Notes: generated by a model not told the origin, from the letters alone. DNA of 64,000 nucleotides from Longimicrobiales bacterium (GCA_965198065.1 CBDAON010000004.1:1792001-1856000), one strand, 5' to 3'. Shown: positions 29,472 to 46,062, counted from the stretch's first letter. Translations and numbers: made by a program.

Positions 29472-30676
29472 CGCCCGCCCGGGCTCGAAGGGGTCGTGGC
29501 TCCGGTGTCCCCCGGCGGCGTCACGACCATCGCGTCGCCGTACGAGTAAAAACGGTATCCGGACGCGACCGCGTGCCCGTACGCCGCGAACGTTGTCCGA
29601 TATCCGGCAAACGCTGCGACGAGCATGAGGAGCGTGGACCTGGGCAGGTGGAAGTTCGTGACCAGCCCGTCCACGACACGGAAACGGAATCCGGGAGCGA
29701 CGAACAGGTCGGTCTCTCCCTCCCCGGCCCGGACGCCGCCGTCCCCGTCCGCGGCGCTCTCGAGCGTTCGGACCACCGTCGTCCCGACGGCCCAGACCCG
29801 CCCCGCGTGCCCTCGTGCCTCGGCGACCGCCAGGGCCGCCTCCTTGGGCACCCTCCAGTGCTCACGGTCCATCCGATGCTCGTCGATCCTAGCGGCCGAC
29901 ACCGGGCGGAAGCTCCCGGGTCCTATATGGAGCGTTACGCTCGCCATCCCCACGCCCCGGGCGCGGATCCGCTCCAGAAGCTCCCGCGTGAAGTGGAGCC
30001 CGGCCGTAGGGGCCGCGACCGATCCCGGGGTGCCGGAGTAGACGGTCTGGTAGCGCTCGCGGTCGAGCGGCTCGTCCTCCCGATCGATGTATGGGGGCAA
30101 GGGGATCCGACCGTTCCGCTCGAGCGCCTCCCTCAAGGGGACCGAGCTCTCGAGGCGGACCACCCGGGACCCGTCTGCGAACCCCTCCTCCACGATGACC
30201 TCCAGCTCGGGCGAGACGACGACCCTCCGGCCCGGCTTGAGCTTCGAGCCAGGTCGAACGAGCGCCTCCCACGTGGCGGCGCCAAGCGGATCGCCGCCCT
30301 TCTCCACGGGCCGGAGCAGGAGCACCTCACACTCCGCTCCCGTAGGCTTCCGGCCCAGGAGCCGCACCGGGAGGACTCGGCTCTCGTTCACGACGAGGAG
30401 GTCGCCGGCCCGAAGGAGCGAGGGAAGTTCGGCAAAGGTGAGGTCCAGGAACGAGCCGGAGGGGGACGTGTCGGAGACGACACCCGGATCTACGCCATGC
30501 GCGCTGCCGGAGCGCACGTCCCGGGAGGCCTCAAGCCCCTCCCTGGCCACGGCGAGCAGCCGGCTCCCGTCTCGGCGCTCCGCCGGGTAGCGCGCGACGC
30601 GCCCGGGCGGGAGCACGTACTCGTACGCGTCCGTCCGAAGCAAGTCCGGCGGAGGGGGCGGAGCGGAGCGCGTCAC
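29468..30676 (-). CDS. queA: SAM:tRNA ribosyltransferase-isomerase
   Basis: [53 protein letters not shown]. Confidence 0.97.
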   Translation of the reverse strand: MTRSAPPPPPDLLRTDAYEYVLPPGRVARYPAERRDGSRLLAVAREGLEASRDVRSGSAHGVDPGVVSDTSPSGSFLDLTFAELPSLLRAGDLLVVNESRVLPVRLLGRKPTGAECEVLLLRPVEKGGDPLGAATWEALVRPGSKLKPGRRVVVSPELEVIVEEGFADGSRVVRLESSVPLREALERNGRIPLPPYIDREDEPLDRERYQTVYSGTPGSVAAPTAGLHFTRELLERIRARGVGMASVTLHIGPGSFRPVSAARIDEHRMDREHWRVPKEAALAVAEARGHAGRVWAVGTTVVRTLESAADGDGGVRAGEGETDLFVAPGFRFRVVDGLVTNFHLPRSTLLMLVAAFAGYRTTFAAYGHAVASGYRFYSYGDAMVVTPPGDTGATTPSSPGGR

Positions 30677-31719
30677 TCGTCGGGAGTATGGAAGAGAGAC
30701 GCCTGGTCCCGGAGCGCGTCAGGGGGACTGAAGCCGAACCGTCGATAGGCGCGGGGTGTGGCGATGCGACCGCGCGGGGTCCTCATCAGGAACCCCTCCT
30801 GGATGAGGAAGGGCTCGTACACCTCCTCGAGGGTCCCCGTGTCCTCCCCCACGGCGACGCCGAGGGAGCCCAGCCCAACAGGTCCTCCCTCGAACTTCTC
30901 CAGGATCGTCTTGAGGATCCGGGCATCCATCTCGTCCAGACCGTACTCGTCCACGTCCAGTAGCTCCAGCGCGGCGTTCGCCACCTCGCTGTCGATCGAC
31001 CCCGACGCCCGGACCTCCGCGTAGTCCCGGACTCTCCGGAGGAGGCGATTCGCGACCCGCGGGGTGCCTCGCGAGCGACGGGCCAGCTCTTCGGCCCCCT
31101 CCCCCGTGACCTCGATACCGAGGATTCGCGCGCTCCGCCGGATGATCCTGTCCAGATCGGAGGGCGGGTAATAGTTCAGCCGCTGCACGATCCCGAACCG
31201 CGCGCGCATGGGCGCGGTGAGGAGGCCGAACCGGGTGGTCGCGCCCACCAGCGTGAAGGGCGCAATCTCAAGCGTCATCGTCTGGGCCTTGGGTCCTTCC
31301 GAGATCCGGATCTCCACCCGGTGGTCCTCCATCGCCGGGTACAGGAACTCCTCGATAATGGGGCGGAGCCGGTGGATCTCGTCGATGAAGAGAACGTCGC
31401 CCCGCTTCTGGTTCGTGAGGATCCCCACGAGATCGGCGGGCTTCTCCAGGACCGGCCCCGACGTGGTCTTGATCTGAGCGCCCATCTCCGTCGAGAGCAG
31501 CGCGGCGAGCGTCGTCTTTCCCAGCCCGGGCGGGCCGTGGAAGAGAACGTGGTCGAGCGGCTCGCGCCGCCGCCTCGCCGCCTCGACCGCGATCCCGAGC
31601 GCGTCCCGGAGCTTGTCCTGCCCGATGAACTCGCCGAGCCGGCGGGGGCGGAGATCCTTCTCGACCACGCGGTCCTCGCCGAGCTCCTCCGGTGTCGTGA
31701 CCTGGTGCTCGGCGCTCAT
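30673..31719 (-). CDS. ruvB: Holliday junction helicase RuvB
   Basis: [39 protein letters not shown]. Confidence 0.98.
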   Translation of the reverse strand: MSAEHQVTTPEELGEDRVVEKDLRPRRLGEFIGQDKLRDALGIAVEAARRRREPLDHVLFHGPPGLGKTTLAALLSTEMGAQIKTTSGPVLEKPADLVGILTNQKRGDVLFIDEIHRLRPIIEEFLYPAMEDHRVEIRISEGPKAQTMTLEIAPFTLVGATTRFGLLTAPMRARFGIVQRLNYYPPSDLDRIIRRSARILGIEVTGEGAEELARRSRGTPRVANRLLRRVRDYAEVRASGSIDSEVANAALELLDVDEYGLDEMDARILKTILEKFEGGPVGLGSLGVAVGEDTGTLEEVYEPFLIQEGFLMRTPRGRIATPRAYRRFGFSPPDALRDQASLFHTPDE

Positions 31720-32303
31720 CGACCTGCTAACGCCCTTCGGACCAGCTCGTTCGTGTCCGCGGGCACACCATCCTCCTCCAGCGCGTCACGGACCGCCACC
31801 TCGGCCTCCCCGTACGACATTCCGAGGGCGACGAGGGCCCGCACGGCCGCCTGCGCGTGCTGCGCCTGGCCGGAGGGCTCCGCTCCGTCCACGGCGAGGT
31901 CTCCCACGCGATCCGCGAGCTCCACCACGAGCTTCTCCGCCTTCTTCTTCCCGATCCCGGGCACCTGGACGAGCGCGCCCACGTCCCTCTCGGCGAGGGC
32001 CCGGACGAGGCGGGGCGCCGATAACGTGGACAGCATCGCGAGCGCCATCTTGCCGCCAACGCCGGAGGCCCCGAGCAAACGCTGGAAGAGGGCCCGCTCC
32101 CCGGGGTCGAGGAACCCGTAGAGCGCCGCCTGGTCCTCCCGGAGCACGTGCACGGTGCGCAACTCGATCTCCTTCCCGAGGGCCGGGAGCCGCTCGGCCA
32201 CCGTCAGGGGAACGGCGACCTCGTACACGACGCCACCCGGCGTCGCGATCTCGACGCCCTCCATGCCCCGGGCCACCAGGGTGCCGCGGATCCGGCCGAT
32301 CAT
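31716..32303 (-). CDS. ruvA: Holliday junction binding protein RuvA
   Basis: [31 protein letters not shown]hH motifs. Confidence 0.96.
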   Translation of the reverse strand: MIGRIRGTLVARGMEGVEIATPGGVVYEVAVPLTVAERLPALGKEIELRTVHVLREDQAALYGFLDPGERALFQRLLGASGVGGKMALAMLSTLSAPRLVRALAERDVGALVQVPGIGKKKAEKLVVELADRVGDLAVDGAEPSGQAQHAQAAVRALVALGMSYGEAEVAVRDALEEDGVPADTNELVRRALAGR

Positions 32304-32313
32304 CGGAGGATCG

Positions 32314-32865
32314 CTACCCAGAGCCCCGCGCGAACCGGTGCGGCAGGACCCCGCTCGGGACGCCGTCGACCCCCAGGACGAAGTGGCAGAGCGCGGCCGC
32401 CACCCCATCCGCAGCATCCGAGGGGACGGGCGGCTCCTTCAACCGCAGGCGCTCCTTGACCATGAAGCCCACCTGCGCCTTGGAGGCACCGCCGTTCCCC
32501 ACGACCGCCTTCTTGATCTCACGCGGGGAGTACTCGCGAATGTCGAGGCTCCGGAGCGCGGCGGCGAGGAGGATCGCCCCGCGCGCGTGGCCGAGCACCA
32601 GCGCGCTGCGCGCGTTCCTCCCGTGGAAGACGGACTCGACCGACACGACACCGGGGCGGAAGCGGTCGAGGAGCCCCTCCACCTCCTCGTAGATCTCGCG
32701 GATCCGCTCCGCGAGAGGCGCTCTCGGGGTGGGTCTGAGCACCCCACATTCGAGGAGGGTGAGCCGCTGGCCGCCGTCCCGGGCGACGACCCCGTAGCCC
32801 GTGACCATGGTGCCCGGGTCGATCCCGACCACCGTGAGACGTAGATCCGGGCCCGATCCGGTCAC
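32314..32865 (-). CDS. ruvC: Holliday junction resolvase RuvC
   Basis: GIDPG, VESVF, LGHARG, GNGGASKAQV, DAADG. Confidence 0.96.
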   Translation of the reverse strand: MTGSGPDLRLTVVGIDPGTMVTGYGVVARDGGQRLTLLECGVLRPTPRAPLAERIREIYEEVEGLLDRFRPGVVSVESVFHGRNARSALVLGHARGAILLAAALRSLDIREYSPREIKKAVVGNGGASKAQVGFMVKERLRLKEPPVPSDAADGVAAALCHFVLGVDGVPSGVLPHRFARGSG

Positions 32866-32875
32866 GGGCGTTCCG

Positions 32876-33625
32876 TCACGACATCGCCCCGACGAGGATC
32901 TTCTCGTCGATGTTCGCGTTCGAGGAGACCCTCTGCACGTCGTCGTGGCTGTCCAGAGCGTCGAGAAGCTTCAGGAGCCGCTGCGCCTCCACTCCCGTCA
33001 CGGGGACCTCGCTCTGTGGGATCATCGCGAGCTCCGCCTGGGAGAACTCGATGCCCGCCTTCCCGAGCGCGTTCTGGACGCCGTGGAGTGCACTCACCTC
33101 GGTGGTGACGACGAACTCGCCGGAGAGCGACTCCACGTCCTCCGCGCCCACATCCAGCGCAGCCTCGAGAACGGCTTCCTCGTGGTAGCGCTTCGCGTCC
33201 ACGTAGATCTGTCCCTTCCGATCGAACTGCCAGGCGACTGACCCGGTCGTCCCGAGGTTCCCACCGTGGCGCTCAAGGCGGTGCCGGATCTCGGCCACCG
33301 TGCGATTTAGGTTGTCCGTCGTGGCCTCAATGTAGAGGGCGACGCCCCCCGGGCCGTAGGCCTCGTACACGACTTCCTCATAGGAGACCCCCTCGAGCTC
33401 TCCCGTCCCGCGCTTGATCGCGCGATCGATGTTCTCCTGCGGCATGTTCGCCGCCTTCGCCGTATCGACCGCGAGCCGGAGCCGCGGATTGAAGTCCGGT
33501 TCACCCCCGCCCTCGCGGGCCGCAACCGTGATCTCACGGATTAGGCGCGTGAAGGCCTGGCCGCGCTTCGCGTCGACGACGGCCTTCTTTCTCTTAATCT
33601 GCGCCCACTTGCTGTGACCCGACAC
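32876..33625 (-). CDS. yebC: YebC/PmpR family protein
   Basis: (V)SGHSKWAQIKRKK, YEAYGPGG, TDNLNRT; usual position upstream of ruvC. Confidence 0.96.
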   Translation of the reverse strand: MSGHSKWAQIKRKKAVVDAKRGQAFTRLIREITVAAREGGGEPDFNPRLRLAVDTAKAANMPQENIDRAIKRGTGELEGVSYEEVVYEAYGPGGVALYIEATTDNLNRTVAEIRHRLERHGGNLGTTGSVAWQFDRKGQIYVDAKRYHEEAVLEAALDVGAEDVESLSGEFVVTTEVSALHGVQNALGKAGIEFSQAELAMIPQSEVPVTGVEAQRLLKLLDALDSHDDVQRVSSNANIDEKILVGAMS

Positions 33626-33759
33626 AGGTTCTCCAGTGATACTCCGCTCACCATGCACGCTGCGATCCCGCCGCGCGAAGGCGGAAGCCGAAGGTGGAGC
33701 CGAGATTGGGAAAATATAAGGGATCGAGCGGGCCGGTCCGAGGGAAGCTTGGCAGGTCG

Positions 33760-34605
33760 CTAGTTCGAGCGGCGCCTTCTCGACACCTCGTCAAGGACCT
33801 TGCGCTCCTCGTCGGTGAGGGCGCCCATGCCCCTGGCGGAGATCTTGTCGAGGATGCGGTCCACCTCGTCCAGGAGCTCCTCCTCGCGTCGGCGCGCGCC
33901 GGAATCCCGCCGACCGCCGGACTGCTTTCCCTCCACCTCTTCCCTCGATTCCTTCCGCGGCACGATCGCGAACCGGCGAGTCTCCGCGGAGGCACGTACC
34001 TCTCCGATCCGGGCAGAGAGGCGGTCGCCGAACTTCAGGTAACCCACTCCGGTGAGCAACCCTCCCAGATGGGCGAAGTGGGCGATGCCTCCACCCGCAC
34101 CTCCGAACGCGCTCAGGAAGGTCAAGACGAAGAAGAAGCCCACGAGCCACTTCGCCTTCACTGGGAAGATCCCCCAGACATAAATGGGGGCCTCGGGCCA
34201 GTACCATGCGAACGCCAGCATGATGCCGTAGACGGCCGCCGATGCCCCGATGATGGCCGCGCCCGGCGCGAAGACGAAGCTCAAGAACACCCCGCCCATC
34301 CCGCAGAGCAGGTAGTACTTGATGAACTCGGAGGAGCCCCAGCGGCCCTCGAGCGGCGGGCCGAAGAAGAAGAGCACCAACATGTTCAGCAGAAGATGCC
34401 AGACGTCTCCGTGCACGAACATGTACGTGATCGCGCCCCATGGCCGCGTGAACGCGTGCTGAGGCGAGAAACCGAACCACTCATAGAAGAAGGTCCCGCC
34501 CACGATCACGGATAGCAGGAAGACCGCCGTGTTCGCGATGAGCAGCCGCTTGACCCAGAGGGTCACGTTGTATCCAAAGCCGAAGCGCTGCGTCGCGTAC
34601 GACAT
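33760..34605 (-). CDS. Rhomboid intramembrane serine protease with soluble C-terminal helical domain
   Basis: HGDVWHLLLNM, GASA (catalytic Ser), AHFAHLGG (catalytic His), C-terminal EVDRILDKISARG. Confidence 0.92.
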   Translation of the reverse strand: MSYATQRFGFGYNVTLWVKRLLIANTAVFLLSVIVGGTFFYEWFGFSPQHAFTRPWGAITYMFVHGDVWHLLLNMLVLFFFGPPLEGRWGSSEFIKYYLLCGMGGVFLSFVFAPGAAIIGASAAVYGIMLAFAWYWPEAPIYVWGIFPVKAKWLVGFFFVLTFLSAFGGAGGGIAHFAHLGGLLTGVGYLKFGDRLSARIGEVRASAETRRFAIVPRKESREEVEGKQSGGRRDSGARRREEELLDEVDRILDKISARGMGALTDEERKVLDEVSRRRRSN

Positions 34606-34670
34606 GGACCACCGAGTGGGAGGACAGAGCAGACCGGAGAGGGCCGACCGACCATTGTACCTCTCGCGTG

Positions 34671-37188
<2,518 letters not shown>

Positions 37189-37246
37189 CTAGCAGGTCGC
37201 AGAAAGAGGGGGGCGAGCCACGTTACGACCGAGCCGGCGGCCCGAC

Positions 37247-37656
37247 TCATGGGAGGCCACCGGATCCGCTGATACCGGAAGGGACGACGTTGCGCGAAAA
37301 GAGCACCGGAAGCGTAGCCCACATCCGAACGCGCTCCCCGCTCCTTCGCCCCGGCTGAAATCGAAGATCCCGAACGCCCGCCACGGCTGCCGAGTCCAGG
37401 GCCGCGTGCCCCGAGGACCCGGAGACTTCGACCGAGTCCACCGTACCTACGTCGGTCACGCGCACCCGGAGGATCGTTTCCCCCTCGAGCCCCTGGTCCC
37501 ACATGCTGAGCGGATACTCGATCGGCTCCTCGCCGTAGAGGGGGACGGGCTGCTGGATCTCGTCTGGCCCGAAGCAGCCGGCCAGACTTAGCGGAACCAG
37601 CCAGCGGAGCCCAACCGCCCGGCGCCCGGGCGGACAACGGACGGAGCGGCGGCGCG

Positions 37657-37660
<4 letters not shown>
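37247..37660 (-). CDS. Small TonB C-terminal-domain protein, probable lipoprotein
   Basis: LAGC lipobox, then YP..GLEGE..LRVRV..G.V.SVEV..SSGHAALD.AA..F.PG; ATGA overlap with mutS. Confidence 0.78.
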
Positions 37661-40316
<2,656 letters not shown>

Positions 40317-40320
<4 letters not shown>

Positions 40321-42653
40321 CGCCCGACCCGGAACCGCCGGAGCCGGTTCGCGTTCGCCACGACGGTGACCGAGCTGAAGGCCATCGCGGCCCCCGCGAT
40401 CATCGGGGAGAGGAGGACTCGGAACGCGGGGTAGAGCGCTCCGGCCGCGATCGGGATCGCCGCGGCGTTGTATACGAACGCCCCGAAGAGGTTCTGCTTC
40501 ATGTTCCGTACGGCCGCGAGCGAGAGCTCGATCGCGTCGGCGACGCCGTGAAGCGATCCGCCCATGAGCACGATGTCCGCGGTCTCCATCGCCACGTCGG
40601 TGCCGCTTCCGATCGCGATCCCCACGTCGGCCCGAGCCAGGGCGGGGGCATCGTTCACGCCGTCCCCGACCATCGCGACGGCTCCGCCAACCTCCGCCCG
40701 AAGAGCGTCGATGGCACGCCCCTTCTCGTCCGGCCAGACTCCCGCAAGCACCCGGGAGATACCCACCCGGTCGGCGACCGCCCTGGCCGTCCGCTCGTTG
40801 TCGCCCGTGAGCATGACGACCTCGAGCCCCATCGACTTCAGTCGGGCGACCGCGGCGCCCGAGTCGGGCTTCTCGCGGTCGGCCAGCCCGAGCACGCCCG
40901 CCGCACGGCCGTCCACCGAGACCAGGGCAGGTGTCTTCCCCTCGGCCCCCAGCCCGTCCCACGCCCCCTGAAGCCCCTCGATATCCACGCCCTGGTCCCG
41001 GAGGAAGCCGGCCTTCCCGACGACGACCGTGCGTCCGTCCACGATCGCTCTCACGCCGCCGCCGCTCAGCGCCTCGAAGGCCTCGACCCTCAGCGGCGGC
41101 CTGACGGAAACGGACTCCCGGGAGCGCCCGGCCTCGGTCACAGCCCGGCCCAGCGGATGCTCGGATCCCGCCTCGGCCGCGGCCGCAAAGCGAAGGAGCT
41201 CGTCCTCGGTGAAGGGCGGGAGGGGGATCACGTCCGTGAGGGACGGTTCGCCCACCGTGATCGTCCCGGTCTTGTCCAGGATCGCGGCGCGGAGCCGGCG
41301 CGCCTTCTGGAGCGCTTCGCCGCTTCGGACGAGGATCCCGTTCTCGGCCGCCTTCCCGATCGCGATCATGACGGAGATGGGCGTGGCCAGCCCCAGGGCG
41401 CACGGGCACGAGATCACCAGCACCGAAATCGCGACCACCACGGCATAGCTCAGCGGGGGCTCCGGCCCGAGGAGGTACCAGATCACGAACGTGACGGCCG
41501 ACAGGGCCACGACCGTGGGAACGAACACGCCCGACACGCGGTCCACGAGCTTCTGGATCGGGGGCTTCGAGCCCTGCGCCTCCCGCACGAGCTCGACGAT
41601 GCGGGCCAGGACCGTGTCCTTCCCCACGCGGGTCGCCCGCATGCGGAAGCTCCCGGAGCGGTTGATCGTTCCTCCCACGACGTCGTCACCCGGCCCTTTC
41701 TCCACGGGCAGGCTCTCGCCCGTCACCATGGATTCGTCCACCGCGCTCGACCCGTCCGTCACCGTTCCGTCCACGGGGACCCGCTCTCCCGGTCGCGCGA
41801 CGAGCACGTCGCCGATCACGATCTCCTCGGCGGGGATCTCGACCTCTCGATCCTCCCGGATGACACGGGCGGTGCGGGGCCGGAGGTCCATGAGGGCCCG
41901 GAGCGCTCCGGCCGTGGTACCGCGCGCTCGTGCCTCGAGCGCCTGTCCCAGGACGACGAGCGTGATCACGACAGCCGCGGCCTCGAAGAACGGGTGTGCC
42001 GTTCCCACCGGGAAAGCGGACGGCACGGCCACTGCCGCGACGGAATAGAGGAAGGCCGAGCCCGTCCCGAGCGCGACCAGCGTGTCCATGTTGGCCTGCC
42101 TGACCCGGGCCGCCTTCCACGCTCCCTCGAAGAAGCTCCTGCCCACCCATCCGACGATGGGGACGGTGAGCACCCCCGACAGAATCCAGAGCGAGCGGAG
42201 CACCGATGGATCGAGACCCCGGAGCGCCGGAATCCACTCGTAGTGGCCGAAGAGGAGCACCGGAACGGAGAGGACCGTGCCGACCCGAAAGCGCCGGAAG
42301 AGGATGCGCGCCCGATCCTCCCACTCCCCGGCGCTCGTGCCTGCGGCGCCGTGGTCCTGGTGGTGGTCGTGCTCCGAGGGGGCTCGCTCGCGCACGGCGT
42401 AGCCCGCCCCCTCCACGGCCGCCGCCATCTCCTTCTGACCGACGCGGGCCGGGTCGAAACGGACGCGAGCCTCCTCGGTCACGAGGCTCACCGACGCCTC
42501 GACGACTCCGCCCACGGAGCCGAGCGCCCGCTCGACCGCCGAAACGCACGCGGCGCAGTGCATCCCTTCGATGGGGAGGACCGCGCGGTCGAGATCCGCC
42601 TCCCGCACCGCGGGAGGTGTCGTGGATTCGGTGGCTCGAGAGCTGGGTGACAT
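40317..42653 (-). CDS. copA: Cu(I)-translocating P1B-type ATPase
   Basis: HMA GMHCAAC, His-rich linker, [26 protein letters not shown] and MAFSS copper-specific motifs. Confidence 0.95.
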
Positions 42654-42812
42654 CGTCTGTGGGACTTCGCCGGGCGGCGAGTCGAGCTTCGGGAGTGACG
42701 CCCTAGGGATGCCTAGGAATCCCCGAAAGCAGGGCTCAAGTTCCGGAACTCCGCACGGGACCGACGGCCCGAGAAGCGCGAAGGGCGCTCTCCGTGGCGC
42801 CTCCGGGGCCGG

Positions 42813-43378
42813 TCAGAGGATGCCGCTCGCCCAGGCCCAGAAGAGCAGGATCGCCAAAAGCGTGGCGAAACCGATGACGGGGAGCGCCTTCTTCAGGATG
42901 TAGCTCGCCGGACCCTCGGCCGCGGCGCCCTTCTCCGAGAAATCACGAGCGCCGCGACCTGATCACTTCGAGCTCCCGGAGGTTTTGAAGAGCGTGCGGA
43001 GCTTCTGGTCGAGCACCGCCGGATCACCGGCTTCGTGATGAAGTGGTTTCCGCCCAGGCCGTAGCTCTCGGCGATGTCCTCGTCCCGGTCCGACGAGGTG
43101 AGCACGGCGACGGGGATACGGCGGTGCTCGTGGCTCCCCTTCAGGTGCTGGAGCACCTCGTGCCCGGAGCGACCGGGCATGTGAAGGTCCAGGAGGAGCA
43201 AGTCCGGCTGCTCCTCCGCCACCATGGCGACAGCCTCGTCCCCGTCCCGGGCCCTCCGCAGAACCACGTGTCCGTCCGTAGCCCGCTCGAGCGCCATCTG
43301 AATGAGGAGCGCATGGTCGTCGTTGTCGTCGGCGATCAGCACCCTCCAGGTCTTCCTACCCCCGGAAACCCGGCTCAC
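42813..43378 (-). CDS. Rcp1-like response regulator receiver, disrupted 3' part, probable C-terminal TM helix
   Basis: LIADD, LLLDLHMPG, VLTSS, FITKP. After a shift near 43027 the frame reads DPAVLDQKLRTLF, then a TGA, then KKALPVIGFATLLAILLFWAWASGIL*. Confidence 0.75.
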
Positions 43379-44210
43379 GACACACCTCCTCCTCGAGCGC
43401 CCCATCGGACGATACCACGGCCTGGAACCCCAACTCCCTGAGGACTGCCGCGCGCGCTTCCGCTTCCTCGCGGGTGGCGAACCGCTCGAGGCGGACGCGA
43501 AGCAACTCGCTTCCCTCGACCTGCACCAGTCGAGGCTCCAGCCCCTCCGAGCGAGCCTCCAACATGACCGACAGGGCGCGCTGTTCAGTGGCGAACGCTC
43601 CTAATTGTATGGTGAAGGGATCGGTTTCGGTACGATCGGGGGGGACCGAAGAACCGATGTCGTCCGCCGGAGGGGAGACGGGCGGGGGATCCGGGGACAC
43701 GGGTGGGGTCGGCGGAGGCTCCGCCGCCCCCTCGAGCCTCACGAGCAGGGAACGTGCCTCGACGCGAAGCGGGCTTTCGGGGTAGTCGCGGAAAAGGGTG
43801 CTCAGGTGCTGCCGGGCCGCCTCGGGGTCGCCTCTCGCCTGCTCCACGTGGGCGAGCCGCACCAGCGCGTGATCGGCGTGCGCTCCACCCGGGTACTCCA
43901 CGACGATCCGGTGGTAATCCAGGGCGGCGGCGTCCGAGTCCACCGTGAGGAGCGCACGGAGCCACACGCCCCGCTCCCGATCGGCGCGGGAGGCCGAAGA
44001 CCACTGCTCATCGATCCACTGGACAAGCGCGGCCCTCGCCGGCTCGTAGCGGCCCTCGTCGGCCAGTCGCTCTACCGCGTCCAGCTCCCCGTTCTGAGCC
44101 CGGAGGGGACCGGGAGAGGCCGTCCAGAGCGCTGCGAGCACGATGGCGGCCAGGCCGCGGTGAGCTCCCTTGACCATTCCGGCCCCAGGCCGAACGACGA
44201 GCGACCTCAT
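43356..44210 (-). CDS. Periplasmic TPR (CpoB/BamD-like) plus SPOR domain protein
   Basis: Signal peptide, YP..A..AL TPR helices, Pro-rich linker, FTIQLGAF SPOR start. Confidence 0.82.
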   Translation of the reverse strand: MRSLVVRPGAGMVKGAHRGLAAIVLAALWTASPGPLRAQNGELDAVERLADEGRYEPARAALVQWIDEQWSSASRADRERGVWLRALLTVDSDAAALDYHRIVVEYPGGAHADHALVRLAHVEQARGDPEAARQHLSTLFRDYPESPLRVEARSLLVRLEGAAEPPPTPPVSPDPPPVSPPADDIGSSVPPDRTETDPFTIQLGAFATEQRALSVMLEARSEGLEPRLVQVEGSELLRVRLERFATREEAEARAAVLRELGFQAVVSSDGALEEEVCREPGFRG

Positions 44211-45208
44211 GCCGCTTCCCTCTCCACCATCCGCTCGAGGAGCCACCCCTCGAGCAGGACGAGAGCGGCGACCTGGCCCGACTTCAGCCGCCGGTCCGTC
44301 TGGAGGAGCCCCACGACGGCCCGCCGAAGCTCGTCCCGTGTCCAGCGCTGCGCCTGCTGGTGGAGGCGCCGAGCGAGGAACCGCTGCCTGGGGGGCAGGG
44401 CACGACCGAGAGCCGCGGCTCCGCCCTCACTGGCGAGGCCCAGCCGTAGAACGTGAGTCCCGAGCCCCAGCACGAGGCCCACGCCCGTCTCGCCATGCTG
44501 GAGGAGGACGGGCAGCCCACTGAGCGCCTCCTGGAACCGCTTCTCACCGACGAGATCGAACCACCTCCATCGATCCTGACGCGGGATCCGCGTCCCCGCC
44601 GCCTCGACCACCTCGCGAGTGATCCGCCCGCCCTCCCCTACCAGAGTGCTCAGCTTCTCCAGCTCGTGCGCCAGGACCTGAAGGTCGCTGCCTACCGCCT
44701 GGGCGAGCGCACGGGCCGCCTCCTCGTCGAGCTCGCGCGCGAACGACTCGCGGCTCCAGTCCATCAGCCACCCGGGCAGGTCGTTGGGGTCCGGCTCGGG
44801 GAACTCGATCGCCCGCGCGCTCCGCTCGAGGTCGCGATAGAACCGCGCGGAGGACCTCGCCGGCACTGTGCACAGGAGGATCAGCACGAGCCCTGGGGGA
44901 GGAGCCTTCACCGTCTCGACGAGCAGCTCCCGAGCTTTCGGCGACGAGGCGAGCGCCTGGGTCTCGCGCACGAGCACGACGCGCCAGGCTGCCATCATGG
45001 GGGGAGTCGCGACGAAGGAGGCGAGATCGTCCACGCGCGCCTCCGATCCCCGCACGACGTCGAGGTTGAAGTCTCGGGCGGCTGGCTCCAGATATGCGTC
45101 GCGCAGAGCCTCGGCGAAGCGCTCCTTCCCGTATTCGTCGGCACCGTGGAGATAGAAAACGCCGCCTCGCTCTTCCTTCAGGACCGCCTCGAGGTCCGCC
45201 CGGATCAT
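44207..45208 (-). CDS. holA: DNA polymerase III subunit delta
   Basis: FYLHGADEY, DFNLDV, TPPMMAAWRVV, ELEKL, DRRLKSG. Confidence 0.9.
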   Translation of the reverse strand: MIRADLEAVLKEERGGVFYLHGADEYGKERFAEALRDAYLEPAARDFNLDVVRGSEARVDDLASFVATPPMMAAWRVVLVRETQALASSPKARELLVETVKAPPPGLVLILLCTVPARSSARFYRDLERSARAIEFPEPDPNDLPGWLMDWSRESFARELDEEAARALAQAVGSDLQVLAHELEKLSTLVGEGGRITREVVEAAGTRIPRQDRWRWFDLVGEKRFQEALSGLPVLLQHGETGVGLVLGLGTHVLRLGLASEGGAAALGRALPPRQRFLARRLHQQAQRWTRDELRRAVVGLLQTDRRLKSGQVAALVLLEGWLLERMVEREAA

Positions 45209-45215
45209 TCCTCGG

Positions 45216-45779
45216 TCAGCGGAGCCCGGTGCGCACCAGCTCCGGTTCCCTGTTGCGCTGGTAGAGGCGGGAGTGCTCGTACAGCAGCACGTTCGAGCCG
45301 GCCCAGAGGTCCAAGCTCTCGAGCCAGGACGCCGGTTCCGCGCGGGGAGTCCCCGAGCCGACCACGGAGATCCGCAACGACGGCTCGGGATCCCCGTCCT
45401 CTGCGGGCCCTTGGACTACGATGGGAGCCAGCTCGACGGACGGGTCGAAATCCCACACCAACTGGGCCCCGAGGACGATCGCGAGCACGGTCCAAGCCGC
45501 CACCAGGAGCATCATGGGTGAGGCGCCCAGGGCATGCCGCTTCCGCCTTTCCTCGTCCTCGAACCGATAGATGGAATAGCGGAGCCGCTCCCGGAAGTCC
45601 TCCCTCGGCCGGGAGGGCGGAAGCTTCCGGAGAAGCTCCACTCCCCTACAGAACACGGCGAGGTAACGGGCGCAGGAGCGGCACCGCGCCAGGTGCTCTT
45701 CGAAGGCCGCGCGGCCTTCTAGGGCCGGGTCGGTATCGTGGTACTCTGAGAACCGGGCGAGGAACTCGGCGCACTTCAT
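45216..45779 (-). CDS. Zinc-binding anti-sigma factor (zf-HC2) with one TM
   Basis: MKC..SEYHD..HLARCRSC (HxxxCxxC), TM helix, downstream of the ECF sigma gene. Confidence 0.88.
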   Translation of the reverse strand: MKCAEFLARFSEYHDTDPALEGRAAFEEHLARCRSCARYLAVFCRGVELLRKLPPSRPREDFRERLRYSIYRFEDEERRKRHALGASPMMLLVAAWTVLAIVLGAQLVWDFDPSVELAPIVVQGPAEDGDPEPSLRISVVGSGTPRAEPASWLESLDLWAGSNVLLYEHSRLYQRNREPELVRTGLR

Positions 45780-45871
45780 GGCACGCGACCTTCCACGGAA
45801 TGTCCAATGCGCTGAAGTCACGGGGGCCCCACGAGCTCAAGGTCGGCACCGGGGGCACGGGTGCAAGGTTC

Positions 45872-45897
45872 TACTGAGGGTCGCCGCGTCGGGTTCC
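45872..45897 (-). promoter_or_regulatory. Candidate ECF promoter for the anti-sigma gene
   Basis: GGAACC-N16-AGTA in the 283-nt gap between sigma and anti-sigma. Confidence 0.4.
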
Positions 45898-46062
45898 ACG
45901 GAGCTAGGCTCCGGCCTAGAACGGGCTCGCGGGAGCCTGACCGGGCGCCGCGTGCTAGGGACGCTCAGCACGGGTACGGCGGCCAGCGCAGGTGGCGCCC
46001 GCGCAGTAGCGCGGGAACGACGACGAGGCGTTGGCGGGAGACGGCGAACGCCTCCGGAGGAG

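Noticed and set aside
45780..46062. sRNA or small ORF in the sigma/anti-sigma gap
   Set aside because: Only short GC hairpins, with no U-tailed terminator or SD-led ORF; the candidate promoter explains part of the gap.
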